A stretch of DNA of 53,282 nucleotides. It comes from Gemmatimonadota bacterium (GTDB lineage: Bacteria; Gemmatimonadota; Gemmatimonadetes; Gemmatimonadales; Gemmatimonadaceae). Numbering within the stretch: the stretch's first letter is position 1; each line of letters opens with the position of its first letter. The DNA lies in contig JANMLN010000166.1 of NCBI GenBank assembly GCA_031372565.1, positions 1 through 53,282 on the forward strand, given 5' to 3'. This document shows positions 36,664 through 46,727 of this stretch, piece after piece. Below the pieces are notes generated by a model. That model was not told the origin of the DNA. It was given only the letters and a program-made list of their open reading frames with translations, and searched no databases. A program made the translations under genes and the position numbers.

Positions 36664-39101
36664 GCACGACGCCGGCGGCGGATGCGCCCCGGCGGCTGGC
36701 GGCGATGCGCGCGGTGTCCGCACCGGCGCTGATCGCCGCGATTCCCACCGCGGTCGCGCTCGTGGGCGCCATGCGCTTTCAGTTCACCGCGAGCCCGGGC
36801 GCCGCCGGCGCACAGCTGCTCGCGGTGGTCGGCGGCCTCTCGCTTGCGTGTGCGATGGCCGTGCGCGGTGCCGCGCGACACGCGGACGGATTTCGCCGCG
36901 ACGTCGTGTGGGGCGCGACCGCCGCGCTCCTGCTGACCGCGGGCTGGGCGATCGTCGGACTCGCGAGTGAAGCGATGCGCCCCGCGTGCGGCAGCAGCAA
37001 GGGGCTCGTCCCGTTCGTGATCATCGCGGTGCCGGTCCTGCTGCTGCAGGGTGCCGTGGGTGCCTGGATCGGATGGCTCACGGGGCGAACGCGCCGCGCC
37101 GTCGCCATGCTGGTTGCGTTCGAACTGCTGGCGCTGCTCGCGCTCGGCGCCGGGTTCTACTTCGATCCGGCGTGGCGCGTCATGAGCCACCTGTTCGTGG
37201 CGCTGATCACGGAGCAGATGTGGGGGTCGGCGGCGCCTGAGGGCGTGGAGTCGTTCCGTGCCGCCACGTGCCTGTTCGCGATCGCCCTCGGCGCGTTCGG
37301 CGTGGCACTGTTTCCCGGTGCGCGGCACGCGGCAGTGGTTCGTCCCCGCCGCGCATGGATCGCAGGCGCGGTGCTGTTGACGCTGGGCCTGCTGGTCGAT
37401 CGCGCCGCACGGCCAGTCGTGGCGCCGACGCATGCTGCGCTCGCGCGCGCATACAGCCTGACGCGCTCGCGAGGTCCGCTGGTGCTCCACGCGGACCCGC
37501 TCGCCGTGCGCATCGCCGACCTCGACGTGCTGCTCGCCGAGGGGACGCTCTGGCTGGGCCGCATCGAGGCGCGACTCGGTCAGCGTCCACGGCAGCCGAT
37601 TCACGTCTGGGTCCACGCCACCCGGAGCGACAAGCAGCGGTGGACGGGCGCCTCGCTCGCAGACTTCGCGCTCCCGTGGCGACACGAGATCCATGTGCGA
37701 CTGGGCGGCGCGCAGCATCCGACGCTCGGACATGAGCTGGTGCACGTGATCGCCGGGGAGCCGCTGTCCACGCTCTTCGGGACCCCCGGTCGCTTCGTCG
37801 TGATGCAGCGTCCGGCGCTGGTCGAAGGGCTCGCGGTCGCCGTGGCGCACGAGCTCAAGCACTCCGATGATCTCACCGTGATCGAGGAGACGGCTGCGCT
37901 CACGCGATTGCACCGCGCGCCTGATCCCGAGCGGTTGTTCTCGGGGATCGCGTTTCTCGGTGAGGCGCACCAGAAGGCGTATGCGGCCGCCGGAGCGGCG
38001 CTTCAGGCACTGTCGATGCGCGCGCAGGACTCCGGGGCCACGCTGCGCCGCGTGTACGCGGCGGCATCGATCGAGGGCGCGCTCGGCCCGGACGCGAGCC
38101 GTTCATTTTTCGGAGCGTATCGCACGCTGCTCGACACGCTGACCCTGCCACCCGGTGCGCTGAGTGATGTGGACGGCGCGTTTGGCGCACCGTCGATCGT
38201 CGGCGGCACCTGCGGCGGTTCGACCGACGAACGCGGCCCCACGGCACGCCGCCTCGCGCGCAGCGGAGCGGTCGGCGCCGCGTTGACGGCACTGGGCCCG
38301 TCGCCGAGTGTGGCCACGCTCGAAGCGATCGAGCGCGACGTGCGAACGGTGGGCGACACGGCGGGGTTCGCGCCACTGGCCCGCGCGCTCGCGGCAGCAG
38401 GCGACAGCCTGACCGCGGCGCGACGACTGCTCTCTGCGGGCGACCTCTACTGGCTGGCCGACAGTGTGCGCGCCGCGAACGGTGCATGGGCGCAGGTGCC
38501 GATCACGCTCGCGACCGTTCCCCTCGCACGGGCTGTGCGCGTACGGCAGCTGCTCGGTGCGGTGGGCAGTGCGGCGGCTCCCGGGAGCATCGATGCGCGG
38601 ATCGCCCGCACCGCGCTGGCCATGCTGCTGCGACCGTCATGGCTCGGCTCCTCACCTGAGGCGGCGGTGCTGTTGCGGCTGCTCGACTCGGCCGATGCAC
38701 GCTCCGACGTGCGGACGTCGCTGGATGCGCGTCGCGTGCACTCGATGGCGCGGTATCTCCTCGCGCGCCGGCACACGCTCGCGGGGCGCCTGGATGCGGC
38801 CGAGCCGATGCTGGCGCGCGTGCAAGGCGAGCAGGTGCTGGACGCGCCGTTCCTCGAGGAAACGCTGATCCTGCGCGTGCGCGCGTTGGCCGGTGCCGGC
38901 CGCGCGGCCGAGGCGGCCGCGCTGTTGGCGCGCACGCCGCTCACCGGGGTGCGACGCGTCTTCGCCATGACGGTGTCGGACCTGCTCGAGCGCGCACAGC
39001 GCGCGGCGCTGGCACCTCATCGTCCGCGGAACCTCGACGAGGCCGCGGCCCCCGCGTGGGCCGACGCGCAGCTGCTGATGCCGTTCGACCCGTCGCCCTG
39101 A
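36660..39101 (+). CDS. multi-TM membrane protein with gluzincin-like peptidase domain
   Basis: About 7 TM segments, then HELVH and a downstream EGLA; helical C-terminus; GTGA overlap with the amidohydrolase. Confidence 0.6.
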   Translation: MSTTPAADAPRRLAAMRAVSAPALIAAIPTAVALVGAMRFQFTASPGAAGAQLLAVVGGLSLACAMAVRGAARHADGFRRDVVWGATAALLLTAGWAIVGLASEAMRPACGSSKGLVPFVIIAVPVLLLQGAVGAWIGWLTGRTRRAVAMLVAFELLALLALGAGFYFDPAWRVMSHLFVALITEQMWGSAAPEGVESFRAATCLFAIALGAFGVALFPGARHAAVVRPRRAWIAGAVLLTLGLLVDRAARPVVAPTHAALARAYSLTRSRGPLVLHADPLAVRIADLDVLLAEGTLWLGRIEARLGQRPRQPIHVWVHATRSDKQRWTGASLADFALPWRHEIHVRLGGAQHPTLGHELVHVIAGEPLSTLFGTPGRFVVMQRPALVEGLAVAVAHELKHSDDLTVIEETAALTRLHRAPDPERLFSGIAFLGEAHQKAYAAAGAALQALSMRAQDSGATLRRVYAAASIEGALGPDASRSFFGAYRTLLDTLTLPPGALSDVDGAFGAPSIVGGTCGGSTDERGPTARRLARSGAVGAALTALGPSPSVATLEAIERDVRTVGDTAGFAPLARALAAAGDSLTAARRLLSAGDLYWLADSVRAANGAWAQVPITLATVPLARAVRVRQLLGAVGSAAAPGSIDARIARTALAMLLRPSWLGSSPEAAVLLRLLDSADARSDVRTSLDARRVHSMARYLLARRHTLAGRLDAAEPMLARVQGEQVLDAPFLEETLILRVRALAGAGRAAEAAALLARTPLTGVRRVFAMTVSDLLERAQRAALAPHRPRNLDEAAAPAWADAQLLMPFDPSP

Positions 39102-39107
39102 GCCCGC

Positions 39108-39171
39108 TGTCGTCCTGAGCGCAGCGAAGGACCTGCTTCTCGTTGTCGTCCTGAGCGCAGCGAAGGACCTG
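39108..39171 (+). repeat. REP-like palindromic repeat, tandem copies 2 and 3
   Basis: tgtcgtcctgagcgcagcgaaggacctg at 39108 and 39144. Confidence 0.88.
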
Positions 39172-39187
39172 TTTCCCGCCCCGCCGC

Positions 39188-39727
39188 CTACGGCCGGGTC
39201 GGGTACTTGGCCGCGTATCGCTCGATGCTTTCCATCACGATCCGCGCCGCGACATCGCTCTTCTCCCAGCCGCTGATCTGCATGCGCTTCCCTTCCAGGT
39301 CCTTGTAGATCTGGAAGAAGTGCTCGACTTCCTTGAGGTAGTGCCCCGGCAGGTCGGCGATGTCGTAGTACTCCTCGTGATACGGATCGTTGACCGGCAC
39401 GCCAAGGATCTTGTCGTCCGGCTCACCACGATCGAGCAGCTTGAGGACCCCGATCGGGCGCACTTCGATGAGGCACCCGGGAAAGGTCGGCTCGTTCACG
39501 TGCACCAGCACGTCGAGCGGATCGCCATCCTCGTGCAGCGTGCGCGGCACGAAGCCGTAGTCGCCCGGGTAGTGCACGGCGGAATAGAGGACGCGGTCGA
39601 GCTTGATCAACCCCGTCTCCTTGTCGAGCTCGTACTTGTTGCGGCTTCCCTTCGGGATCTCGACGACCGTCGTGATGCGGTCGGGCGGATGGATGCCAGG
39701 GGGAACGTCGTGCCAGGCGTTGATCAT
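39188..39727 (-). CDS. ppa: family I inorganic pyrophosphatase
   Basis: EIPKGSRNKYE, YPGDYGF, DGDPLD, DDKI, FFQIYKDLE. Confidence 0.95.
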   Translation of the reverse strand: MINAWHDVPPGIHPPDRITTVVEIPKGSRNKYELDKETGLIKLDRVLYSAVHYPGDYGFVPRTLHEDGDPLDVLVHVNEPTFPGCLIEVRPIGVLKLLDRGEPDDKILGVPVNDPYHEEYYDIADLPGHYLKEVEHFFQIYKDLEGKRMQISGWEKSDVAARIVMESIERYAAKYPTRP

Positions 39728-39812
39728 GGGTACAGGAATCCGGATCCGGAGGGAAGGAACACAGGAGGAAGCTATCGACTGGCCGACGGCCACTCTACCG
39801 CGTGATCTGCCC

Positions 39813-40793
39813 CTACCCCAGCGCCCGCGCCGCGTCCACCGCGAAGTAGGTCAGGATGAAATCCGCCCCCGCACGCCGGATCCCGATCAGCGACTCCATC
39901 ATCACGCGGTCGCCATCGATCCACCCACGCTCCGCCGCCGCCTTGATCATCGCGAACTCGCCGCTCACCTGATACGCGCCCGTTGGATAGCCGGTCTCGG
40001 TCTTCACGCGGTGGATGATGTCGAGATACGGCCCCGCCGGCTTCACCATCACCAGGTAGGCCCCTTCATCGATGTCGAGCCAGACCTCGCGCATCGCCTC
40101 ATCCGAATTGGCCGCGTCCATCTGGTAGCCGCGCCGATCCCCGCTCTTGGGCGTGCTCTCGGCCGCCTCGCGAAATGGCCCGTAGTAGCCGGACGCGTAC
40201 TTCGCGGCATACGACAGAATGGGCAGTTGCTCGAACCCCTCACCGTCGAGCGCGTCGCGGATGGCGCGCACGCGACCATCCATCATGTCACTCGGCGCCA
40301 CGATGTCCGCGCCGGCGCGCGCGTGCGCGACGGCTTCCTTGGCGAGCAGCTCGAGCGACGCGTCGTTGTCCACCTCCCCCTCGTGCAGCAACCCGCAGTG
40401 CCCGTGGTCCGTGTACTCGCACATGCAGACGTCGGTGATCACGAGCAGCTGGCTCGTGGCCCGCTTGAGGGCGCGCACCGCCTGCGCCACGGGCCCCGCC
40501 TCATCCCACGCGCTCGAGCCGGTCGCGTCCTTGCGTTCCGGAATTCCGAACAGGATGACGCCGCCCACGCCCAGTGACTGCGCGAGCTCGGCGTCCTTCA
40601 CGCACTCGTCAACCGACGTCTGGAAGACGCCCGGCATCGAACCCACCGGCTCACGCACGCCACTCCCGGGCCGCACGAACAGCGGCCAGATGAGCTGCGC
40701 CGGATCGAGGCGCGTCTCCTGCATGAGCGCACGCAACGCCGCCGTACGGCGCATGCGGCGCGGGCGATACTCGGGAAATCGGGACATGGGCAT
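39813..40793 (-). CDS. hemB: porphobilinogen synthase (Zn-type)
   Basis: [45 protein letters not shown]. Confidence 0.96.
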   Translation of the reverse strand: MPMSRFPEYRPRRMRRTAALRALMQETRLDPAQLIWPLFVRPGSGVREPVGSMPGVFQTSVDECVKDAELAQSLGVGGVILFGIPERKDATGSSAWDEAGPVAQAVRALKRATSQLLVITDVCMCEYTDHGHCGLLHEGEVDNDASLELLAKEAVAHARAGADIVAPSDMMDGRVRAIRDALDGEGFEQLPILSYAAKYASGYYGPFREAAESTPKSGDRRGYQMDAANSDEAMREVWLDIDEGAYLVMVKPAGPYLDIIHRVKTETGYPTGAYQVSGEFAMIKAAAERGWIDGDRVMMESLIGIRRAGADFILTYFAVDAARALG

Positions 40794-40968
40794 GGTGCGG
40801 GAGGGACCCAACGGCGGGCGCGGGAAAGACTATCGCCCGGACCAACCGCCGTCACCCCCGCATCCACGGCACTCGCTGGGGCGGCGACACCGGCCCCTCG
40901 CATCCGGAGACCGCTTCCGTGCGCGCCCCGATGCGGCGGCGCGTCACGGAGTCCCGACAGACCGAGCG

Positions 40969-42339
40969 CTAGAAGAAGCTCTGACGGCGTCCGCCACCGA
41001 CGTTGGTCAGCGCATCGAGACGCGGATTGACCACGGTGTTGAAGATCGACCCGAAGGTGTACGACATGCCGACGTTCACGAAGAACCGGTAATCGGTCGC
41101 CAGTGCCAGCCGACGGACGAGCGCGTCCTGGTCGGACACGCCGGTGCCGACCAGATACAGCTGGTCGCGCACGCGGGAATAGAAGCCGCCAATGTTGAAC
41201 GCCAACCCGCGCGAGATGCGCAGGTCGGTGCCCAGACCCACGGTCGCCGAGTACTTGGTGACGTCATGCAGGTACTGCTCGCCGCGGAGCGAGGCGTTGA
41301 CCGACCCCCACGGCTGACGCTGAATCAACGAGGCGATGACCTTGTGCGTGGGGCGCGTCTCGGACATGCGCCCGAAGACCGTGACCCGCTGGTAGTCGAA
41401 GTGCGTGACACCGACGCTGTACAGGAAGGTCAGCTGTCGGCTCGTCGCTTCCTTCCATGGGTACACGTTGTATTCGATCGCCGGCCCCACGCGCGCGTAC
41501 AGTTCCTCGTTCAAGAAGTCCGAGAAGCCGACGTTGAGCAGCATCCCCGTCGACAGGTTGGAACCGAGTGAGCGCACCACCAGGACGTTCGCCTCCGCCC
41601 CATCACGGTCGAACCGCGACCGCGTGCCGTCCCGGAGCGTGAACTCCTGCACGTTCACGGATCCTCCCACCGCGATCGAGATCTTCCACAGATCGGACAC
41701 CCGACTCGCACTGGCAAAGAGGCTGAGGTCGCGCTCCGAAGTGCGGGTCTCCCCGCGGAAGGAGCCGTTGCCTCCGACGCGGAAGAGCCAGAAGTCCCAC
41801 GGATCCTTGACATTCGTCGGCATCATGCGCCCGGGCTGCGTCGTCGCCCCGCGGAAGGACACGTCGAGCCGCCGGGCCGCGCTGGTGCGGGCGGCATAGC
41901 GCGCGAGCCCCAACCGGAAGGTGCGCGCAAGGTCGCGACGGAGCACATCATCGGCGTCGTTCGGCAACGAGACATGCTTGAGCGTGTCGACGCTCCCCTC
42001 GAACCGCCGCTGACCGCGCACCGCGATCGTGTACTCCGTGCCGCCGTTTCCGGCGCGCAACGAGGTGACGAGAATGAGCACGTCGGCGTCGAACCGGTCG
42101 CGCATCCAGTACGCCCACGGCACCTCGGTGCGCACGAAATCGAAATCGCACCCGCGCTCGCGGCAGTCGAGAAAGACCTTGAGCTGGTCGCTCGAGTCCG
42201 TGCGCGCGGTGGCGCGCTCGGGAGCGGCCACAGCGGGAGGCGTCGGGGCCGGGGTCGGCTCCGGCTCCTGCGCAGCAAGCGAGCGGGCACCCAACATCAC
42301 AACAGCGCACGCGAGCGCGCGCGAGAAAGAGCGAGACAT
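40969..42339 (-). CDS. hypothetical outer-membrane beta-barrel-like protein
   Basis: Signal peptide; VFLDCRERGCD; amphipathic beta pattern; SYTFGSIFNTVVNPR near the C-terminus. Confidence 0.65.
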   Translation of the reverse strand: MSRSFSRALACAVVMLGARSLAAQEPEPTPAPTPPAVAAPERATARTDSSDQLKVFLDCRERGCDFDFVRTEVPWAYWMRDRFDADVLILVTSLRAGNGGTEYTIAVRGQRRFEGSVDTLKHVSLPNDADDVLRRDLARTFRLGLARYAARTSAARRLDVSFRGATTQPGRMMPTNVKDPWDFWLFRVGGNGSFRGETRTSERDLSLFASASRVSDLWKISIAVGGSVNVQEFTLRDGTRSRFDRDGAEANVLVVRSLGSNLSTGMLLNVGFSDFLNEELYARVGPAIEYNVYPWKEATSRQLTFLYSVGVTHFDYQRVTVFGRMSETRPTHKVIASLIQRQPWGSVNASLRGEQYLHDVTKYSATVGLGTDLRISRGLAFNIGGFYSRVRDQLYLVGTGVSDQDALVRRLALATDYRFFVNVGMSYTFGSIFNTVVNPRLDALTNVGGGRRQSFF

Positions 42340-42577
42340 CTGAAAAGGAGATTGGCGAGACGAAGGGCGGGACAATCGAACATCCCGATGCCGAGCACCT
42401 CCCATGCGGAGCCGTGCGAGTCGGCGCTTGGCGACCAGCCTTCGGACGCCTGCCCGTATTGGACAGCGCACGCCGACATCCGGTCGCTCGCTTTATCTAC
42501 GTCTCGCGTCGATCTTTCGTTGCAGGTCGCGCGGAGCGAAGCATCACTATTGTGATATTTACCTGTGGCTGCTCACG

Positions 42578-43522
42578 TCACACCGTCGTGCGCAGCTCCG
42601 CGAGAAGCTCCGCCCCGCCCTGCGCCTGCAGCGTCGCCGCCAGTCGGCGACCCGCGGCCGCCGCATCGCCCGCCCCGACCGGCTCGCTCCCGCGGAGCAC
42701 CGTCGTGCCGGCCAGATTCGCGATCAGGCCGTGCAGCACCAGGTCATCGTCTGTGCCCATCGACAGCGCCCCGATCGGCACCTGGCAGCCCCCTTCCAAC
42801 GCCGCCAGAAAGGCGCGCTCCGCGGCGACCGCGCGCGACGTCGACGGATGGTCGAGCGCGCCGAAGATCGCGACGCACGCCGCGTCATCGGCGCGGACCT
42901 GAATCGCGATTGCGCCCTGCCCCGCCGCCGGCAGCCACCGCGGCGCGTCGAGATACTCCACGATGCGCGTGCCAAGACCGAGGCGCCGAAGCCCCGCCGC
43001 GGCGAGGAACGCGGCATCCACCTGATGCTCATCGATCTTCTTGAGCCGCGTGCCCACATTGCCGCGCAGTTCCACCGGCACGAGGTCAGGCCGGAGCGCC
43101 GACAGCTGCGCCTTGCGCCGCAAACTCGATGAGCCGACGCGCGCACCGTGGGGCAACGTCATCAGCGTGTAGCGCGGCGAATCGGTGGGAAGCACCAGCG
43201 CGTCACGCGGATCCTCCCGCGTCAGGAGCGCCACGATCGCGAGCCCGTCAGGCGACGCCGTCGGCAGGTCCTTGAGCGAGTGCACCGCGCAGTCCGTGCG
43301 CCCCGCCAGCAGATCGTCCTCGAGCTCCTTCGTGAAGAGCCCCTTTTCGCCGATCTTCGACAGCGGCTTGTCGAGCACCTTGTCGCCCACGGTCGTGTAG
43401 GTGATCAGCTCGGCATGCACGCCACGCGCCGCCAGCAGTCCCTGCACCTGCTCCGCCTGCGCCAGCGCCAACGCGGATGACCGCGTGCCGATGCGCACCG
43501 TCGTGCCCCCTGCGCCGCTCAT
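42578..43522 (-). CDS. hemC: hydroxymethylbilane synthase
   Basis: IGTRSSALALAQ, GLFTKELE, VHSLKDLP, SSLRR, RGNVGTRL, LEGGCQVP. Confidence 0.96.
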   Translation of the reverse strand: MSGAGGTTVRIGTRSSALALAQAEQVQGLLAARGVHAELITYTTVGDKVLDKPLSKIGEKGLFTKELEDDLLAGRTDCAVHSLKDLPTASPDGLAIVALLTREDPRDALVLPTDSPRYTLMTLPHGARVGSSSLRRKAQLSALRPDLVPVELRGNVGTRLKKIDEHQVDAAFLAAAGLRRLGLGTRIVEYLDAPRWLPAAGQGAIAIQVRADDAACVAIFGALDHPSTSRAVAAERAFLAALEGGCQVPIGALSMGTDDDLVLHGLIANLAGTTVLRGSEPVGAGDAAAAGRRLAATLQAQGGAELLAELRTTV

Positions 43523-44343
43523 GCGCGCACCGCCTGTGCGCTCCACCGTTCGATCGCCGCCACCAGCCCCTCCGCCGAGTGTGGGTCTGCCTCGCAGGCT
43601 ACCGCGAGTCCCAAGTCCTTCGCTGCCGCCGTCGTCACCGGTCCCACGCTCGCAACCGGTAGCTGCACTCCCATGGCCTCCGAACGTGCAAAGGCCGCTG
43701 CCACGCCGCGCGCAATGCTGGGTGCCGTCACCGTGACCAGGTCGACGGCGCGCTGCCCCACGAGCACAGCCAGCCGTTGCTCGGCGTCGTTGTCAGGCAG
43801 CGAACGATACACGGTGCACACGGTCACGTCAGCACCGGCATCGCGCAGCATGACCGTCAGCGTGTCGCGCGCACCGGCCGCTGCCGGAAAGAGGACCCGC
43901 GTGCCTCGCGCGAGGCCGCGCTGCAACAAGGCTGCCGCGAGTCCCTCAGCGTCCTGCTGCGCCGGCACCAGCTCCACGCTCACCCCCAGCGCGTCGAGCG
44001 CCCGCGCCGTGCCCTCACCGACCGCCGCCACGGCAACGCCGGCCGCCGTCAACCGCTCGGCGAGCGCGGAGGTGGTCCGCCAACCCGACGTGATCTCGCC
44101 GCGCGCCGACACACGATCGGCCACCACCCGCACGCTGTTCGCGCTGGTCAGGCAGAGCCACGCGGTGCCGTCGAGCGCATCGAGCGCGACGTCGAGCGCC
44201 GAGGGGTCGAGCGCCTCGATGCGCGTGAGCGGCACGGTGTCGATCCAGGCGCCACGCTGCGCCAACCGCGCGGCGAGACCCGAGGCGTCGTCGGGGCGCG
44301 TGACAACCACGCGCAGCCCGGCCAGCGGCGCGACGGCGCTCAG
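43519..44343 (-). CDS. hemD: uroporphyrinogen-III synthase (possible CTG start at 44343; first canonical start GTG 44310)
   Basis: PLAGLRVVVTRP, LTSANSV, AVGEGTARAL, VYRS, SVGPVT. Confidence 0.88.
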   Translation of the reverse strand: MSAVAPLAGLRVVVTRPDDASGLAARLAQRGAWIDTVPLTRIEALDPSALDVALDALDGTAWLCLTSANSVRVVADRVSARGEITSGWRTTSALAERLTAAGVAVAAVGEGTARALDALGVSVELVPAQQDAEGLAAALLQRGLARGTRVLFPAAAGARDTLTVMLRDAGADVTVCTVYRSLPDNDAEQRLAVLVGQRAVDLVTVTAPSIARGVAAAFARSEAMGVQLPVASVGPVTTAAAKDLGLAVACEADPHSAEGLVAAIERWSAQAVRA

Positions 44344-44480
44344 CGCGCCTCCGCGCTCCGCTCGGCGAGCAGCCGGGCGCGCACGGCGCGCGCGCGCCAG
44401 AAGATCGAGACGATGTACCCGCCGAGCACGACGGCGGTCGCGACGTACGAGATCTCGTAGTAGATGGCGTTGTCAGGCAT
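44340..44480 (-). CDS. ccmD: heme exporter protein D (46 aa; below ORF-track cutoff)
   Basis: MPDNAIYYEISYVATAVVLGGYIVSIFWRARAVRARLLAERSAEAR: single TM plus basic tail, directly after ccmC (TGATG overlap). Confidence 0.75.
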   Translation of the reverse strand: MPDNAIYYEISYVATAVVLGGYIVSIFWRARAVRARLLAERSAEAR

Positions 44481-45199
44481 CAGCCGCGCCCCTCGAGGTG
44501 TTCCAGCTCGGCCTGATCCATGGCCAGGCGATAGCGTGCCCGCACGAGCCCCGCAAACAGCAGCAGCATGGCCGACATGCTGAACAGGAAGCTCACCAGC
44601 ATCTCGCTCGAGAGCGACGGCGACGACGGCTTGAGCACGATCGGCATGGGATGCAGCGTGCGAAACAGGTAGACGCTCAGGTGAATGAACGGCACGAGGA
44701 GCCCGGCGAGCACGCCGAGGACCGCCGAGTAGCGGGCACGCTGTTCGGGCTCCTCAACCGCCCCGCGCAAGATCTGGTAGCCGAGGAGGACGAACCAGAG
44801 GAAGAGCGACAAGGTCAGGCGCGCGTCCCATGTCCAGAATGCGCCCCAGATCGGACGCCCCCACAACGGGCCGGTGATGAGCACCACCGTCATGAACGCG
44901 AGGCCCACCTCGGTCGAGGCTTCGGCCACGCGGTCCAGCCGCTCATCCTTGAGCCAGAGCCAGAGCGCGCTGCACACGAGGACGAGGCCGCATGCGCAGT
45001 AGAGCGCGACGAACGCCGACGGGGCGTGGACGTAGAAGATCTTCTGCGCCAATCCCTGCGTGGCGTCGGGCGGCGTGAAGAATGCGGCGCGCACGAGCGC
45101 AGCCGCGAAGGCCACCACGCCGAGGACGAGGAGACCGTCGACGGATGGGGTGCGGATCGGTGAGGCCGCGAGCGGCGCCGGCTTGGCGGGAGAGGTCAT
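44480..45199 (-). CDS. ccmC: heme exporter protein C
   Basis: IFYVHAP, WGRPIWGAFWTWDARL tryptophan-rich motif, RTLHP. Confidence 0.95.
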   Translation of the reverse strand: MTSPAKPAPLAASPIRTPSVDGLLVLGVVAFAAALVRAAFFTPPDATQGLAQKIFYVHAPSAFVALYCACGLVLVCSALWLWLKDERLDRVAEASTEVGLAFMTVVLITGPLWGRPIWGAFWTWDARLTLSLFLWFVLLGYQILRGAVEEPEQRARYSAVLGVLAGLLVPFIHLSVYLFRTLHPMPIVLKPSSPSLSSEMLVSFLFSMSAMLLLFAGLVRARYRLAMDQAELEHLEGRG

Positions 45200-45227
45200 G
45201 GCGGGGTGAAAGCTGACGACCTGCGAC

Positions 45228-45911
45228 TCAGGCGTCGAGGGAGTGCGGGTAGATCCAGGTGCACGCGGCCACGAAGACGAGGTCGTAGGCCGCCAGCAGC
45301 TTGAGCCAGCTGGCGGCATCGGCGAGCGGCCGGCCTCCCAGCAACTGCGCGGTCGCCTGCGCGGCGCTCGTCACGATGGGGACAAAGAATGGCAACGCCA
45401 ACAGCGGGAGGAGAAGTTCCGCCAGCCGCGTGTTGGCCACGACACTCGAGAAGAGCGTGCCGACGGCCACCAGCCCGATGGCGGCGAGGACGGCGATGGC
45501 CGCGATCGGCAGCCAGGCGACACCGCCCCCCACGTTGTACAGCAGCACGACCGCGGGCATGGCGACCGCCTGGACCGCGAGGACGAACGCCGTGTTGGCG
45601 CCGGCCTTGCCGAGGAAGATCGCTTCGCGCGGAATCGGCGCGGCGAGCAGCGCATCCATCGCGCCATCGGCTCCTTCGACACCGAACGAACGGTGCAGCC
45701 CGAGCAACCCGCTGAACGCGAAGGTCACCCAGAGGACCCCGGGCGCGAGGTCGGCCGACGGAATGGCCGTCGGATCCCACGCGAAGTAGAAGATGGACAC
45801 AGCGAGGAGCGAGAAGACGACCGCGGAAAAGAAGGCGCTTCGCGTCCGGAACTCGATGGCGAGGTCCTTGCGGGCCACCAGCAGCGCGGCCGCGAGCAAA
45901 TCAGGTGGCAC
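45228..45911 (-). CDS. ccmB: heme exporter protein B
   Basis: KDLAIEFR, PGVLWV, IFLGK, LLLPLLALP. Confidence 0.92.
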   Translation of the reverse strand: MPPDLLAAALLVARKDLAIEFRTRSAFFSAVVFSLLAVSIFYFAWDPTAIPSADLAPGVLWVTFAFSGLLGLHRSFGVEGADGAMDALLAAPIPREAIFLGKAGANTAFVLAVQAVAMPAVVLLYNVGGGVAWLPIAAIAVLAAIGLVAVGTLFSSVVANTRLAELLLPLLALPFFVPIVTSAAQATAQLLGGRPLADAASWLKLLAAYDLVFVAACTWIYPHSLDA

Positions 45912-46647
45912 CGACAAGCTCCCGGTAGTCGGCCGCATAGCGCACTGGGTCAAGCGGCGGAGCGGGGTCGTGACGGACCACGCGCCCTGCGTTGAGGATC
46001 ATGGCGTGATGGGCGAGGGCGAGCCCCTCGCTGACCTGATGCGTGACGAGGACGAGCGCGGTGCCTGCGCTCACGAGCCCGTCGAGCGTCGCCGTGAGGG
46101 CCGCCGCACCGGCCGCATCGAGCCCGGTGTACGGCTCGTCGGCCAGCAACACGCGAGGCGCGTGCACGATGGCGCGCGCGATCGCGACGCGCTGCATCAG
46201 CCCGCGTGAGAGCGCGCGCACGGCGGTGTCGGCGCGATCGGCGACGCCGAGTCGCTCGAGCGCGGCCATGGCCGCACCGGCCGGGTCGGGAACGCCATAG
46301 AGGCGTGCCGTGAAGGTGACGTTCTCGCGTGCCGTGAGGGCGGCGTAGAGCATCACCTGATGGGAGATGAGCCCTGTGAAGGCGCGCGTGGCGATGTCGC
46401 CGACGGGCTGGCCGGCGATCTGCACCGTCCCCGCGGTCGCGCGGCGCAGGCCGGCCAGGACGCGCAGCAGCGTCGTCTTCCCGGCCCCGTTCGGACCGAA
46501 CAGGGCGAGGCACTGGCCGGGCGCGAGAGTGACATCGACCCCCGCCAACGCCGATCGACGTCCGTACCGCACGACAAGCCCGCGTGCCTCGATGGCCGCG
46601 GGATCGCGTTCGGTTGTCGGTGGGGCGAGGACTGCCGTTCCCGTCAT
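45901..46647 (-). CDS. ccmA: heme ABC exporter ATP-binding protein
   Basis: GPNGAGKTT, LSRGLMQR, LLADEPYTGLD; adjacent to ccmBC. Confidence 0.92.
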   Translation of the reverse strand: MTGTAVLAPPTTERDPAAIEARGLVVRYGRRSALAGVDVTLAPGQCLALFGPNGAGKTTLLRVLAGLRRATAGTVQIAGQPVGDIATRAFTGLISHQVMLYAALTARENVTFTARLYGVPDPAGAAMAALERLGVADRADTAVRALSRGLMQRVAIARAIVHAPRVLLADEPYTGLDAAGAAALTATLDGLVSAGTALVLVTHQVSEGLALAHHAMILNAGRVVRHDPAPPLDPVRYAADYRELVGAT

Positions 46648-46727
46648 GCGGGAACGTTACGCGCCTCGCCCCACCCTTGGGAACGGCTCTGCCCCCCGAC
46701 AGCGCCGACCCAAGGTGTCCCGCAGCG

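Noticed and set aside
39108..39171. Mini CRISPR array
   Set aside because: Only two repeats separated by 8 nt, no cas genes, and the same unit is dispersed elsewhere, so it is REP-like.
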